Shown here in pieces: positions 14,632 to 23,963 of a stretch of 53,302 nt of DNA. The stretch's first letter is position 1. The number at the start of each line of letters is the position of its first letter. The notes beneath the pieces are model-generated. The model saw only the letters and a list, made by a program, of their open reading frames with translations, was not told where the DNA came from and made no database searches. Source of the DNA: Candidatus Saccharimonadales bacterium (GTDB lineage: Bacteria > Patescibacteriota > Saccharimonadia > Saccharimonadales > UBA10212); contig JBBDKW010000017.1 in NCBI GenBank assembly GCA_040879175.1, positions 5,505 through 58,806 on the forward strand, given 5' to 3'. The position numbers were made by a program, and so were the translations under genes.

Positions 14632-15024
14632 ATGGTTTCGCTAAGCGACGAGGAGTTTGAGAAAATTGTGGCCGACGGCATCGACGCCATACCGCCCTTG
14701 TATCAGAAATATCTGAAGAATGTGGCTTTTATTGTCGAAGACGAACCTACCCCTGGACAACTGGAGCGTCTCAAATTGTTCCAAGGGGAGCTGCTTTTTG
14801 GGCTATATGAGGGCGTCCCGCTGCCCCAACGTCAGGGAACTACTAAGATTCTGCCTGATAAAATAACCATTTTTAAAAACCCGGCCCTGCTGTATAGCGA
14901 CAGTTTGGGCGAACTGCGCAAACACGTGCGACATACAATCTGGCACGAGGTTGCTCACTATTATGGCTTAGACCATAAACGAATACATGAGCTGGAGAAC
15001 AAAAACAGGCATAAAGCTGACTAG
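14632..15024 (+). CDS. Zincin_1 (DUF1025) metallopeptidase-family protein
   Basis: 130 aa. The family layout includes ...VEDEP...LFGLYEGVPL... and the C-terminal HEVAHYYGLDH motif. Confidence 0.75.
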   Translation: MVSLSDEEFEKIVADGIDAIPPLYQKYLKNVAFIVEDEPTPGQLERLKLFQGELLFGLYEGVPLPQRQGTTKILPDKITIFKNPALLYSDSLGELRKHVRHTIWHEVAHYYGLDHKRIHELENKNRHKAD

Positions 15025-15071
15025 CAGCTTGAAAGTTTGCACTGGCGGCGATATTATGAAATCGCAATCCT

Positions 15072-15509
15072 ATGAAAAGTATGAGCTTGCGAAGACTTAG
15101 CAGATTTTACATATGGATAATCCTGCTAATTCTGGCGGTTATTTTCTTCATTCTGCTCAAAAGCCCGGCAGCCGGGCAACGTCAGGCTTCGCAAGGTCCC
15201 ACAGGGCTGAGCGTTTCAGCTTTCGATGAAGCCAGCCAAAGCTCGGGGCAATCGTCGGCCGGAGCGAACCCGGCTGAACCCGATGCGGTTTCAGTGCCAT
15301 TACCGGCAGACGATGACAGCCTCAAACCCCTGCCGGAAGTTCTGCCTGACCCTATTAAACTGCCTCAGATTCCGGTTTGCCCATTACTCAGCGGGGAATT
15401 GGGTCCGTATAGCTGGCACTGCCAACCCTGCAAGCCCTTTCCTTATGAACCGCCGGCTGAATCTATGGTTGTCTGCCTCGATTCAAACGTTACATCAGCA
15501 GCCTACTAG
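15072..15509 (+). CDS. Hypothetical membrane-anchored protein with a Cys-containing C-terminus
   Basis: 145-aa ORF with an N-terminal TM helix (FYIWIILLILAVIFFILL) and a low-complexity Ser/Ala/Pro region. Confidence 0.5.
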   Translation: MKSMSLRRLSRFYIWIILLILAVIFFILLKSPAAGQRQASQGPTGLSVSAFDEASQSSGQSSAGANPAEPDAVSVPLPADDDSLKPLPEVLPDPIKLPQIPVCPLLSGELGPYSWHCQPCKPFPYEPPAESMVVCLDSNVTSAAY

Positions 15510-15532
15510 GCACACTGAGTAGTTTTTATTCC

Positions 15533-15572
15533 TTCGGATGAGCAGCCCGAGCGGCGGATTCATTCCGGCTGT
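15533..15572 (-). repeat. Structured intergenic repeat, copy D (subtype 2, truncated)
   Basis: CGGATGAGCAGCCCGAGCGGCGGATTCATTCCGG closely matches the reverse complement of copy B (CGGAAGAGCAGCCCGAGCAATCGGATTCATTCCG). It lacks the GAGAAACC hairpin. Confidence 0.6.
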
Positions 15573-15641
15573 GGATATGTACATTGAATATTTGCCTATT
15601 TAGGAATATGATGGAGTTATTAACAATTAAGGAGGAGGCGT

Positions 15642-15944
15642 ATGCCATTTACTCACAGGCAATCGGTCGCAGCGATGGTCCATTTCTTCGTAGGGGTAGC
15701 CGAGATTCTGCTACTTTTGCGAGTCGTGTTGCGGTTCTTTAACGGGAACCCCGACGCCACGTTCATCAACTGGGCCTATACTGTAACAGCCCCATTGCTT
15801 GAGCCGCTGCGCGGAGTGTTCACATCTACAGATGTGGTCAACCGAGGGTGGGTAGTAGACTATATGGCGCTCTTTGCCATGGCCGCTTATGCGGTAGTCG
15901 GCTACATTGTGGTTGCTAGCCTGGGTCGCTGGTCAAGGAAGTAA
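15642..15944 (+). CDS. YggT-family membrane protein
   Basis: 100 aa. SD is AAGGAGGAGG. LLLLRVVLRFF...TAPLLEPLRGVF is YggT-like. Two TM helices are present. Confidence 0.7.
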   Translation: MPFTHRQSVAAMVHFFVGVAEILLLLRVVLRFFNGNPDATFINWAYTVTAPLLEPLRGVFTSTDVVNRGWVVDYMALFAMAAYAVVGYIVVASLGRWSRK

Positions 15945-15976
15945 ACATCTAATTTCAAAATCAAAAAGATAATGGC

Positions 15977-16003
15977 GGGCGGCTTTTTAAAGCCGCCCTT
16001 TTT
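15977..16003 (+). terminator. Intrinsic terminator
   Basis: GGGCGGCT-ttttaa-AGCCGCCC followed by TTTTT. Confidence 0.7.
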
Positions 16004-16055
16004 AACGGCAGAGAATAAACTATACCCTAATTCCTAAATCCTATATCCTATTATT

Positions 16056-16160
16056 ATGGACGAGCAGCCACCGCTGATTAAAAGCTGGGGACTTTTGGTT
16101 CTGATAATCGCTATCGTTTTGGCAATAATATCCTTTTTAGCAGTCCAGCTCGCCGGCTAA
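16056..16160 (+). CDS. Possible 34-aa single-TM micropeptide, below the ORF-track cutoff
   Basis: My own translation is MDEQPPLIKSWGLLVLIIAIVLAIISFLAVQLAG*. There is no clear SD. This is speculative. Confidence 0.2.
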   Translation: MDEQPPLIKSWGLLVLIIAIVLAIISFLAVQLAG

Positions 16161-16176
16161 CTGATACAATTAAAAG

Positions 16177-16974
16177 ATGACATATGGGAGCGGGAAGTAT
16201 GAGTGGAGTGCGCCGTATAAGCCCGGACAAACGGCGCCGTATAAGATTAGTCGCAGTAAAATCGACCTATTCATTAATTGCCCCAGGTGTTTTTGGCTGG
16301 ATGCCAGATTAAAAATCAGCCGTCCAAAAGGCCCGCCTTTTACGCTAAACTCGGCAGTTGACGGACTATTAAAAAAAGAATTTGACGCTTTGCGTAAAGA
16401 CGGCAAACAACACCCGCTGCAAATCGAATATGGCATCGACGCCAGGCCAGTGAACCATGATAAATTGAATGTCTGGCGGCACAACTTTACGGGGGTACAA
16501 TTCCTACACGAACCGACCAATTTGCTAGTTTTTGGCGCTATTGACGATCTATGGCAGGATTCCAAAGGCCAATACATAGTTTTGGACTACAAATCGACTT
16601 CTAAAGCCGGCAAAATAACCGAGCTGGGCAATGAATCCTGGCACGATGCTTACCGCCGTCAGCTGGGCGTTTACCAATGGTTGCTACGCCAAAACGGCTT
16701 ACCGGTAAGCGACAAAGGCTACTGGCTTTACTGTAACGCCGACAAAAACGGTAAGACATTCGGTAAAAAGCTGGAGTTTGAATTGACTTTGATTGAAGAA
16801 AAAATCGACGATAAATGGGTCGAACCTACACTGCTTGAAATCAAAAAGACGCTTGATTCTGATGAAATGCCCAAGGACGCAGCTACTTGCGAGCACTGTG
16901 GCTATGCTCGTTCCCGTACCGAGCTGACACTCAACCACCTTAAAGACAAAAAAACCACCAAAACCCGCTCTTAA
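16177..16974 (+). CDS. PD-(D/E)xK nuclease with Cas4/AddB-type four-Cys cluster signature (RecB-family exonuclease-like)
   Basis: 265 aa. INCPRCFW near the N-terminus and CEHCGY near the C-terminus give the C...C / CxxC layout. IDDLW...YIVLDYKST matches D...D/ExK. QLGVYQWLL matches QxxxY. Confidence 0.65.
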   Translation: MTYGSGKYEWSAPYKPGQTAPYKISRSKIDLFINCPRCFWLDARLKISRPKGPPFTLNSAVDGLLKKEFDALRKDGKQHPLQIEYGIDARPVNHDKLNVWRHNFTGVQFLHEPTNLLVFGAIDDLWQDSKGQYIVLDYKSTSKAGKITELGNESWHDAYRRQLGVYQWLLRQNGLPVSDKGYWLYCNADKNGKTFGKKLEFELTLIEEKIDDKWVEPTLLEIKKTLDSDEMPKDAATCEHCGYARSRTELTLNHLKDKKTTKTRS

Positions 16975-16991
16975 GCTATATAATCTACATT

Positions 16992-18245
16992 ATGCTGGAT
17001 ATTCGGTTCATTCGGGAGAATGCGGAGCTAGTGGAGCAAAAGGCCAAACAGAAAGGCTTTGATGTTAATATCCCACATCTGCTCGAAATGGACGAAAAAC
17101 GCCGCGATTTATTAAAAGAGGTTGAAGATATCAGGGCGCAGCGCAATACGCTAGCGGAGCAGCTTAGAAGTGCTAAGCCGTCTGAGGAGCAGGTAGAACA
17201 AGGCAAAGCTCTGCGCCAAAAAATGAGCGATCTGGAAGTCTCTTTAAAGCCAATCGAAAAAGAGTTTACAAACTTGCTTGGCACGGTACCCAATATTTTT
17301 CCAGATGACACGCCGCTCGGGGGCGAAGAAGCCAACAGCGAGGAGAGAAAATGGGGTGACAAAGCTGATAAAGATTTTGAAATTGTTGATCACGTCTCGT
17401 GGGGCGAGCAACGCGGGCTACTGGATTTTGAGCGCGGCGCCAAAGTCGCCGGTAATAAGTTTTATTTCACAACCGGCAGTTTAGTTCAGCTCGAAATGGC
17501 TTTATCTCAGATGGCCATAGAATTCGTTATCAAGCAGAATTTTGTGCCAATGCTGGTACCGCACTTGGTAAATAGCCGAGTTATTGACGGAACAGGATTT
17601 ACAGCTCGTACCAAAGAGGAAGAACAGATTTATAAGATTGAAGCTGAAGATTTGAATCTGATTGCCACCGCCGAAATCCCACTGACTGCCTATCACGCCG
17701 ACGAAACTCTAGCAGAAAAAGATTTACCCAAACTTTATGCTGGCTACAGCCCGGCTTATCGTAAGGAAGCCGGTGCATACGGCAAGCACAGTAAAGGACT
17801 CTACCGAGTTCACCAGTTTAACAAAGTAGAGATGTACGTTTTTTGCAAACCCGAGGATAGCGAAAAATGGCACCAGAAAATGGTAGAACTCGAGGAAAAA
17901 TTCTGCCAGGAATTAGCAATACCATACCGGGTTGTCCGAATTGCCGCCGGCGATCTGGGCGCTGCTGCTTATAAAAAATATGACGTTGAATACTGGAGCC
18001 CGGTCGATAAATCTTATCGAGAGTTGATGAGCTGCTCTAATGTCACCGATTACCAGGCCAGGCGACTAAATATTAGATACCGTGACGGCTCAGGCGGAAC
18101 AAATTATGTGCACACGTTGAATGGCACACTGGCTGCTACTAGCCGCCTGATCATCTCAATTATCGAGAACTACCAAACTGAGAGCGGCAAAGTTAGCATA
18201 CCAATAGCCCTACGGCCATATATGGGCGGGCAGCTGACACTGTGA
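16992..18245 (+). CDS. serS: Serine--tRNA ligase
   Basis: 417 aa. N-terminal coiled-coil arm (MLDIRFIREN...). Class II core motifs include YRVHQFNKVEMY and TLNGTLAATSR. Confidence 0.95.
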   Translation: MLDIRFIRENAELVEQKAKQKGFDVNIPHLLEMDEKRRDLLKEVEDIRAQRNTLAEQLRSAKPSEEQVEQGKALRQKMSDLEVSLKPIEKEFTNLLGTVPNIFPDDTPLGGEEANSEERKWGDKADKDFEIVDHVSWGEQRGLLDFERGAKVAGNKFYFTTGSLVQLEMALSQMAIEFVIKQNFVPMLVPHLVNSRVIDGTGFTARTKEEEQIYKIEAEDLNLIATAEIPLTAYHADETLAEKDLPKLYAGYSPAYRKEAGAYGKHSKGLYRVHQFNKVEMYVFCKPEDSEKWHQKMVELEEKFCQELAIPYRVVRIAAGDLGAAAYKKYDVEYWSPVDKSYRELMSCSNVTDYQARRLNIRYRDGSGGTNYVHTLNGTLAATSRLIISIIENYQTESGKVSIPIALRPYMGGQLTL

Positions 18246-18601
18246 TAAAGCTAACTATAGACCACTTGCACGTCGAGGCCGACCCGAAACTGGTTGAATA
18301 TATCAGCGAAAAAGTTGGCAAACTGGACCATCTGTTGAGCCGGCACGCGCGCCGCAGCGCCCATGCTGATGTCAAGATCATAGGCGGTCCGGGCAGGGGC
18401 AAAAAACAAGTCACATGTGAAGTCATAATCCACCTGCCGCAAGAAATCGTCACCACAAAGCAGACTGCCGAGACCACGACAGCCGCTGTCGATTTAGTAG
18501 AAGCTAAGCTCAAAAACCAGCTCAAAAAATACAAAGACAAACACATTTTGAGCCGCCGTCATAAAGTTCGCCGTATTTTCGGCCAAATCCGCCGGCGCTG
18601 A
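18242..18601 (+). CDS. hpf: Ribosome hibernation promoting factor / RaiA family (short form)
   Basis: 119 aa with a GTG start overlapping the serS stop (GTGA). The layout ...LVEYISEKVGKL...ADVKI...EVIIHLP...AAVDLVEAKLKNQLKKYKDK matches S30AE/HPF. Confidence 0.6.
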   Translation: MIKLTIDHLHVEADPKLVEYISEKVGKLDHLLSRHARRSAHADVKIIGGPGRGKKQVTCEVIIHLPQEIVTTKQTAETTTAAVDLVEAKLKNQLKKYKDKHILSRRHKVRRIFGQIRRR

Positions 18602-18713
18602 AGGAAAGTTTATAGTCGGTAGTTTACGGTTTATAAAAATACTTGACTTGTTAAGTATTTATACCGAAGCTTGATTGCGGTACAATAGAACATTAGCTGA
18701 GAGTTGGAGATTT

Positions 18714-21344
18714 ATGGCTATATTACCGAGTACAAAAATATTGAAGCGCATTTTGGGAGATCCGCAGGCGGCAACGCTCAAACGGTTAAAAAGGCGCGTT
18801 ACGGAAGTCAACGCGTTTGCTGATCAGTATAAAAAATTATCTGATGCCAAATTGCGCGCCAAAACCGACGAATTTAAGAAGCGGCTGGCTTCCGGTAAGA
18901 CACTGGACCAAATATTGCCCGAGGCCTTTGCGGCCGTGCGCGAGGCGTCGATCCGCACATTAGGCCAACGGCACTTCGATGTTCAGCTGATCGGCGGAAT
19001 GGTACTGCACGAAGGCAAGGTCGCCGAGATGAAAACCGGTGAAGGTAAAACGCTTGTGGCTACTCTGGCGGTTTACTTAAACGCGCTGGAAGGCAAGGGC
19101 GTGCATATAGTTACGGTTAATGATTACCTGGCGCAACGCGATGCCGGCTGGATGGGCCAAATTTATAACTTTCTGGGTATGAACACCGGCGTGATAATTC
19201 CCGACCAGTCCTACATATACGATCCGGAGTATGAAAACAAAGATCATATTGATCCACGTTTTAGGCACCTTCGGCCGGTAACCCGCCAAGACGCCTACGC
19301 TGCCGATATCACTTATGGCACCAACAACGAGTTCGGCTTTGATTATCTGCGCGACCATATGGTGCGCGAGGTTGAGCAGCTACGCCAGCGCGATTTGCAC
19401 TACGCAATCGTCGACGAAGTTGACTCGATCCTAGTCGATGAAGCTCGAACACCGCTTATCATTTCGGCGCCGGCAGCGGCCTCGGCGGCAGCTTACGACC
19501 AATTTGCCAAAGTCGTTCGCCAGCTAAAAGAAACCGAGCACTTCGAAAAAGACGAAAAGCGCCGCAGTGTGATTTTAACCGACGCCGGCGTGGAGCTGAT
19601 TGAAAAAATACTGGGCATCAAAGACCTGTATTCAACAGAGAATCTGCGTACCATTTACCATCTGGAACAAGCTATGCGCGCCCAAGCACTGTTCCACCGC
19701 GATAAAGATTACGTTGTCACTAACGAGGGAGAAATCGTCATCGTCGATGACTTTACCGGCCGCTTGCTGCGCGGGCGGCGTTATAACGAGGGCTTGCACC
19801 AGGCGATTGAGGCCAAGGAAGGGGTTGAAGTCAAAGAAGAAACAATGACGCTGGCGACTATCAGTTTCCAGAATTACTTCCGTTTGTATAAGAAGCTGGC
19901 CGGTATGACCGGTACCGCCAAGACCGAAGAGGAGGAATTCCACCAGGTCTACAAGATGGATGTCGTTGAAGTGCCGACCAACCAACCGATGGTCCGCAAA
20001 GACCTGACAGACAAGATTTATAAGACCGAAGCCGGTAAATTCCGGGCGATTGTCGGCCACGTCAATGATCTTCATAAGCGTGGCCAGCCGGTGCTCCTCG
20101 GCACTGTCAGTATTGAAAAAAACGAGCTTTTGAGCCGTCTGCTTAAATCGGCCGGCGTACCGCACGACGTTCTAAACGCCAAAAGCCATGAACGCGAGGC
20201 GATGATTATTACCAAGGCCGGTAACCCTGGCGCCGTGACGCTGGCAACCAATATCGCCGGGCGCGGTACGGACATTGTACTCGGCGAGGGAGTCGTAAAA
20301 CTCGGGGGCCTGTTCGTACTTGGCAGCGAGCGGCATGAGGCCCGCCGGATCGACAACCAGTTGCGCGGCCGTACCGGCCGCCAGGGCGACCCGGGAATGA
20401 GCCAATTTTATGTTTCGACACAGGATGACCTGATGCGTGTTTATGGCGGCGAACGAATAGCGGGCATTATGAACAAGCTGAGGGTCGATGAAGACACGCC
20501 GATTGAAAGCCGGATGATAACCAAGAGCTTGGAATCGGCCCAGAAAAAAGTCGAGGGCTTTAATTTTGATACGCGCAAAAACGTCCTTAAGTACGACGAC
20601 GTTATGAACCGCCACCGCAAAGCGGTCTACAGCCTGCGCAGCGAAGTTCTGCAAGCCGAAGATATCAGCCCAAGAGTCAAAAAATTTATCAGCGAGGAAG
20701 CGGCGACGCTGGTGACCCACCCCGATTCTATGACCGAAGCCTTTGAGGCAATGCTCAGCGAAGTCTTTTCGTTCGATGAACCGACGATGGATAAGCTGTT
20801 TGATACTGAGGCCGATAAGTTCCAGCTCGAGCTGGAAAAAGCCGCCCTAAAACTGTATGGGCAACAGGAAAAGGTTTTTGGTACTGATGTATTCCGCAAA
20901 ATAGAGCGCGATGTCTACTTGCAAATCCTGGACAACTTATGGATGCAACATCTGGAAAATATGGAGCATCTGCGCGAAGGCATCCACTGGATTGCCGTAG
21001 GTCAGCGCGACCCGTTAGTAGAGTACCGCAAGCAGGGGCAGCGGATGTTCGACGATATGCAAGTTACGCTGCGCCACGACATCGTACGGGCGATTATGCA
21101 CGCCCAACCGATGCCTGAAGAGGATTTGGCCCGGCCGGTCGAGACGGAACTGACTCGGGCGGCGCGCAGCTCGGTGGATAATGCCGGCGAAATACTCTCG
21201 GCCGAAAGCTTTGAAGAGGCAGACTTTATCGATACCCAGGAAGAGCAGGTCAAGCAGGCCCGCTTCAAAGCCGAGCGCAAAAAGGCTAGAAAAGCCGAGC
21301 GCCAACGCAAGCGCGCTGCAAAGCAGCGACGCAGGAAAAAGTAA
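18714..21344 (+). CDS. secA: Preprotein translocase ATPase SecA
   Basis: The listed ORF starts at TTG 18675. I prefer ATG 18714 (MAILPSTKILKRILGD...), which has GGAGA upstream. MKTGEGKT, DEVDSILVDEARTPLIIS and TNIAGRGTDI are present. The C-terminus is a Lys/Arg tail without Cys. Confidence 0.95.
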   Translation: MAILPSTKILKRILGDPQAATLKRLKRRVTEVNAFADQYKKLSDAKLRAKTDEFKKRLASGKTLDQILPEAFAAVREASIRTLGQRHFDVQLIGGMVLHEGKVAEMKTGEGKTLVATLAVYLNALEGKGVHIVTVNDYLAQRDAGWMGQIYNFLGMNTGVIIPDQSYIYDPEYENKDHIDPRFRHLRPVTRQDAYAADITYGTNNEFGFDYLRDHMVREVEQLRQRDLHYAIVDEVDSILVDEARTPLIISAPAAASAAAYDQFAKVVRQLKETEHFEKDEKRRSVILTDAGVELIEKILGIKDLYSTENLRTIYHLEQAMRAQALFHRDKDYVVTNEGEIVIVDDFTGRLLRGRRYNEGLHQAIEAKEGVEVKEETMTLATISFQNYFRLYKKLAGMTGTAKTEEEEFHQVYKMDVVEVPTNQPMVRKDLTDKIYKTEAGKFRAIVGHVNDLHKRGQPVLLGTVSIEKNELLSRLLKSAGVPHDVLNAKSHEREAMIITKAGNPGAVTLATNIAGRGTDIVLGEGVVKLGGLFVLGSERHEARRIDNQLRGRTGRQGDPGMSQFYVSTQDDLMRVYGGERIAGIMNKLRVDEDTPIESRMITKSLESAQKKVEGFNFDTRKNVLKYDDVMNRHRKAVYSLRSEVLQAEDISPRVKKFISEEAATLVTHPDSMTEAFEAMLSEVFSFDEPTMDKLFDTEADKFQLELEKAALKLYGQQEKVFGTDVFRKIERDVYLQILDNLWMQHLENMEHLREGIHWIAVGQRDPLVEYRKQGQRMFDDMQVTLRHDIVRAIMHAQPMPEEDLARPVETELTRAARSSVDNAGEILSAESFEEADFIDTQEEQVKQARFKAERKKARKAERQRKRAAKQRRRKK

Positions 21345-21440
21345 CTAGTAGAACAAGGTGTAGAATGCATAGAGGTACAATGATAATTGAGGAATCAGTG
21401 ACAGCTAATTCCCATTTGCTAATTACTAATTTCTAAATCT

Positions 21441-22724
21441 ATGAAGCATACCGTAAATGAAGTTGTTCTTAGAAATGGCGCCAGAGGGCTGCTAATTAAC
21501 GTACCGGGAGCGTCGGTTACCAGCTTTGAGCTAAACTTCCGGGCTGGTGATTATCTGACTCCGGCTAGAAAAAAATGGGAGACGGCCCACGTGATGGAAC
21601 ACGTCATCCTAGGGGCTAATGAAGACTATCCTGACTCCCAAGCTTTCCAGGCAGAAATCCATAAAAACGGCGCCTACACCAATGCCTACACCAGCTACTA
21701 CAACATCAACTATGTCGGCGAGGTAGCCGATTTTGAATGGGAAAGGGTAATGCGCCTGCAAATGATCGCCTTGGCCAAGCCGCTGTTTCTGGAAGCCGAG
21801 TTCGCCGCCGAAGTCGGCAACATCCGCGACGAGATGGTCGGCCGCAGCAACCAGCATTTCTGGTCGTTGGCCGGCGAGATGACCAAGGCTTTCGGCTTTA
21901 AGATACCGAGCGATAAAGAGCGCTCCAAGCTGATTGATAACGTCACCCGCGAAGACATAACCGAGCACTACAAAAAGACGCACTTCATCAAGAATCTAAG
22001 GTTTATCATCGCAGGCGATTTACGCGGCCGGCGCAACGCGGTCAAAGATGTATTTGAGTCGATCGGAATGCCGGTTGGTGTCAGCCGCCACAAGCTGCCG
22101 GTCGAAAAAGCCAAAAAACCGCCAAAACCGGTATTTGTCAGCAACAAATCGGTGCCCAATATCTACTTCGGAATAAGTAGCGTGGTTAATGACAAGTTGT
22201 CGATACCCGAGGACGACGCTTTGGGCATAGCGCGGGTTATGCTAACCGAGACACTTTACTCAAAAATTTTCGGCCAGGCGCGTGAAAAGGGCCTAGTGTA
22301 CGCCGTGCACTCGGGGCATCATCAGAACAGCCGATACGCCGAGTGGTCGTTGAGCACGCAAGTTTTGCCGCAGAACGCCCCGGCTCTGTGCGACATCGTT
22401 TTGCGCGAGATTAAAAAGGTCCAAAAAGGCATCATAGACGATTCCGACCTTGAGGCCGCCAAACAATACGCGCTTGGCTCGTTCCAGCGCTCGATGCAGA
22501 CTGTCGGTAGCGTGGCCGGCGCTTATGAACGTTACTTTTTTGATGGCTATATCGAGGATATGCGCACAATTCCAGATCGCATAAAGGCCGTTGGCCACAA
22601 AGATATACCGGCCATTATGAACCGTATTTTTGCTGATGATATCGGCGGCATAGGGGTGTTAGGTGGAGTAGACTCGACCATTGCCCAACGCCTACACGAC
22701 CAGTTGCAGCCCCTCTGGCGCTGA
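21441..22724 (+). CDS. M16 (pitrilysin/insulinase) family zinc peptidase
   Basis: 427 aa with the inverted zincin motif HVMEH (HxxEH) near the N-terminus. The two-domain length is typical of M16. Confidence 0.8.
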   Translation: MKHTVNEVVLRNGARGLLINVPGASVTSFELNFRAGDYLTPARKKWETAHVMEHVILGANEDYPDSQAFQAEIHKNGAYTNAYTSYYNINYVGEVADFEWERVMRLQMIALAKPLFLEAEFAAEVGNIRDEMVGRSNQHFWSLAGEMTKAFGFKIPSDKERSKLIDNVTREDITEHYKKTHFIKNLRFIIAGDLRGRRNAVKDVFESIGMPVGVSRHKLPVEKAKKPPKPVFVSNKSVPNIYFGISSVVNDKLSIPEDDALGIARVMLTETLYSKIFGQAREKGLVYAVHSGHHQNSRYAEWSLSTQVLPQNAPALCDIVLREIKKVQKGIIDDSDLEAAKQYALGSFQRSMQTVGSVAGAYERYFFDGYIEDMRTIPDRIKAVGHKDIPAIMNRIFADDIGGIGVLGGVDSTIAQRLHDQLQPLWR

Positions 22725-22861
22725 AGGCGCCAATTTACCATTTACCAATTCACATCTAACAATTATTTGTCATTTTTCATTTGTACAATGATTAATGGCT
22801 AAATGCTAAATAAATGTAAAATGGTAAGTGTAAAAAGTTAAATACCTCCGGAGGAGGTGAT

Positions 22862-23938
22862 ATGGATGAGTTGCAGAAAAGGACTGAAAAATTGCGCAAG
22901 CAAATTGCTCAAGCCGTTGAGCGGCTGAAAATTGATGAGCTTGAATCTGAATTGGCCGATTTGCGGGCTCAAATGGCTAAACCGGATTTTTGGCAGGACA
23001 GCCAGCGTGCCCAACAAGCCAGCAAGCGCGAAGCTGATTTAGCCAGGCGGGTGCAGCCATGGCAGGGTTTGCAAAAGTCGGCCGACGAACTGCTGGAGTT
23101 AATCAGAATTGGCGACACCAAAATGGAAGATGAGCTTCAGGAACAACTCTCAGCTCTCAGCTCCCAGCTCTCGGCTCTAAAGCGCAATTTGCGCTTTAGC
23201 GGCCCGTATGACGACCATGATGTGATTTTGAGCATTTATGCCGGCGCCGGCGGCACCGACGCCCAGGATTGGGCCCAAATGCTGCTAAGGATGTACACGA
23301 GGTGGGCCGAGAAGAATAAGCTGCAAGTTAAAACCGCCGAGCAATCGGCCGGTGAGGAAGCCGGCATTAAAAGTGCCACCACTAGGCTGAGTGGCGGCGA
23401 TTTCTTATATGGCAGACTGGCCGGCGAGCACGGTGTCCATCGGCTAGTGCGGCTGAGCCCTTTTAATGCTGATCATCTGCGCCAGACTAGTTTTGCCAGA
23501 GTCGAAGTTCTGCCGGCCATCGAGCGTCCGGAAGAGGCCCAAATCGACGAAAAAGACCTCAAAATTGACGTTTTTCGTGCCAGCGGCCACGGTGGCCAGT
23601 CGGTCAACACCACCGACTCGGCTGTACGCATAACACACGTTCCTACCGGCGTATCGGTGGCCATTCAAAACGAACGCTCGCAGCTGCAAAACCGTGAAAC
23701 GGCCCTGAGCATCCTGCGTTCGAGACTGATTCAACTCCAGCTTGAGCAACACGCCAAGGATTTAGCAGAAATCAAAGGCCCTAGCCAATCGGCCGAGTGG
23801 GGCAACCAAATCCGAAATTATGTACTGCATCCATATAAGCAAGTCAAAGACTTGCGTACCGGCTACGAAACATCCGATCCACAAACAGCTTTAGATGGTG
23901 ATCTTGATCCCTTCATCAACGCCTGGCTCGAGAAGTAA
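22862..23938 (+). CDS. prfB: Peptide chain release factor 2, encoded in a single frame
   Basis: 358 aa with the SPF tripeptide (LSPFNADH) and GGQ (SGHGGQSVNTTDSAVRITH). There is no internal in-frame TGA or CTTTGAC shift site. Confidence 0.93.
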   Translation: MDELQKRTEKLRKQIAQAVERLKIDELESELADLRAQMAKPDFWQDSQRAQQASKREADLARRVQPWQGLQKSADELLELIRIGDTKMEDELQEQLSALSSQLSALKRNLRFSGPYDDHDVILSIYAGAGGTDAQDWAQMLLRMYTRWAEKNKLQVKTAEQSAGEEAGIKSATTRLSGGDFLYGRLAGEHGVHRLVRLSPFNADHLRQTSFARVEVLPAIERPEEAQIDEKDLKIDVFRASGHGGQSVNTTDSAVRITHVPTGVSVAIQNERSQLQNRETALSILRSRLIQLQLEQHAKDLAEIKGPSQSAEWGNQIRNYVLHPYKQVKDLRTGYETSDPQTALDGDLDPFINAWLEK

Positions 23939-23963
23939 AACGCTTTTGCTATACTATTAGAGA

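Noticed and set aside
19632-20720. Long - strand ORFs (177 aa and 182 aa) inside secA, and similar antisense ORFs in other genes (12897-13268, 16170-16577, 27694-28107 and others)
   Set aside because: They are shadow ORFs opposite strongly supported conserved genes. They have no SDs and low-complexity or Arg/Ala/Gly-biased translations.
22838-22862. CCTCCGGAGG palindrome at the prfB SD, considered as an anti-SD hairpin
   Set aside because: The arms are contiguous with no loop, so a stable hairpin cannot form. It is more simply a strong GGAGGAGG SD.
22862-23938. Looked for the programmed +1 frameshift site (CUU UGA C) typical of prfB
   Set aside because: The ORF is continuous from the ATG, with the SPF and GGQ motifs in one frame. 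The equivalent region reads CTT GAA. There is no frameshift here, as in a minority of bacteria.
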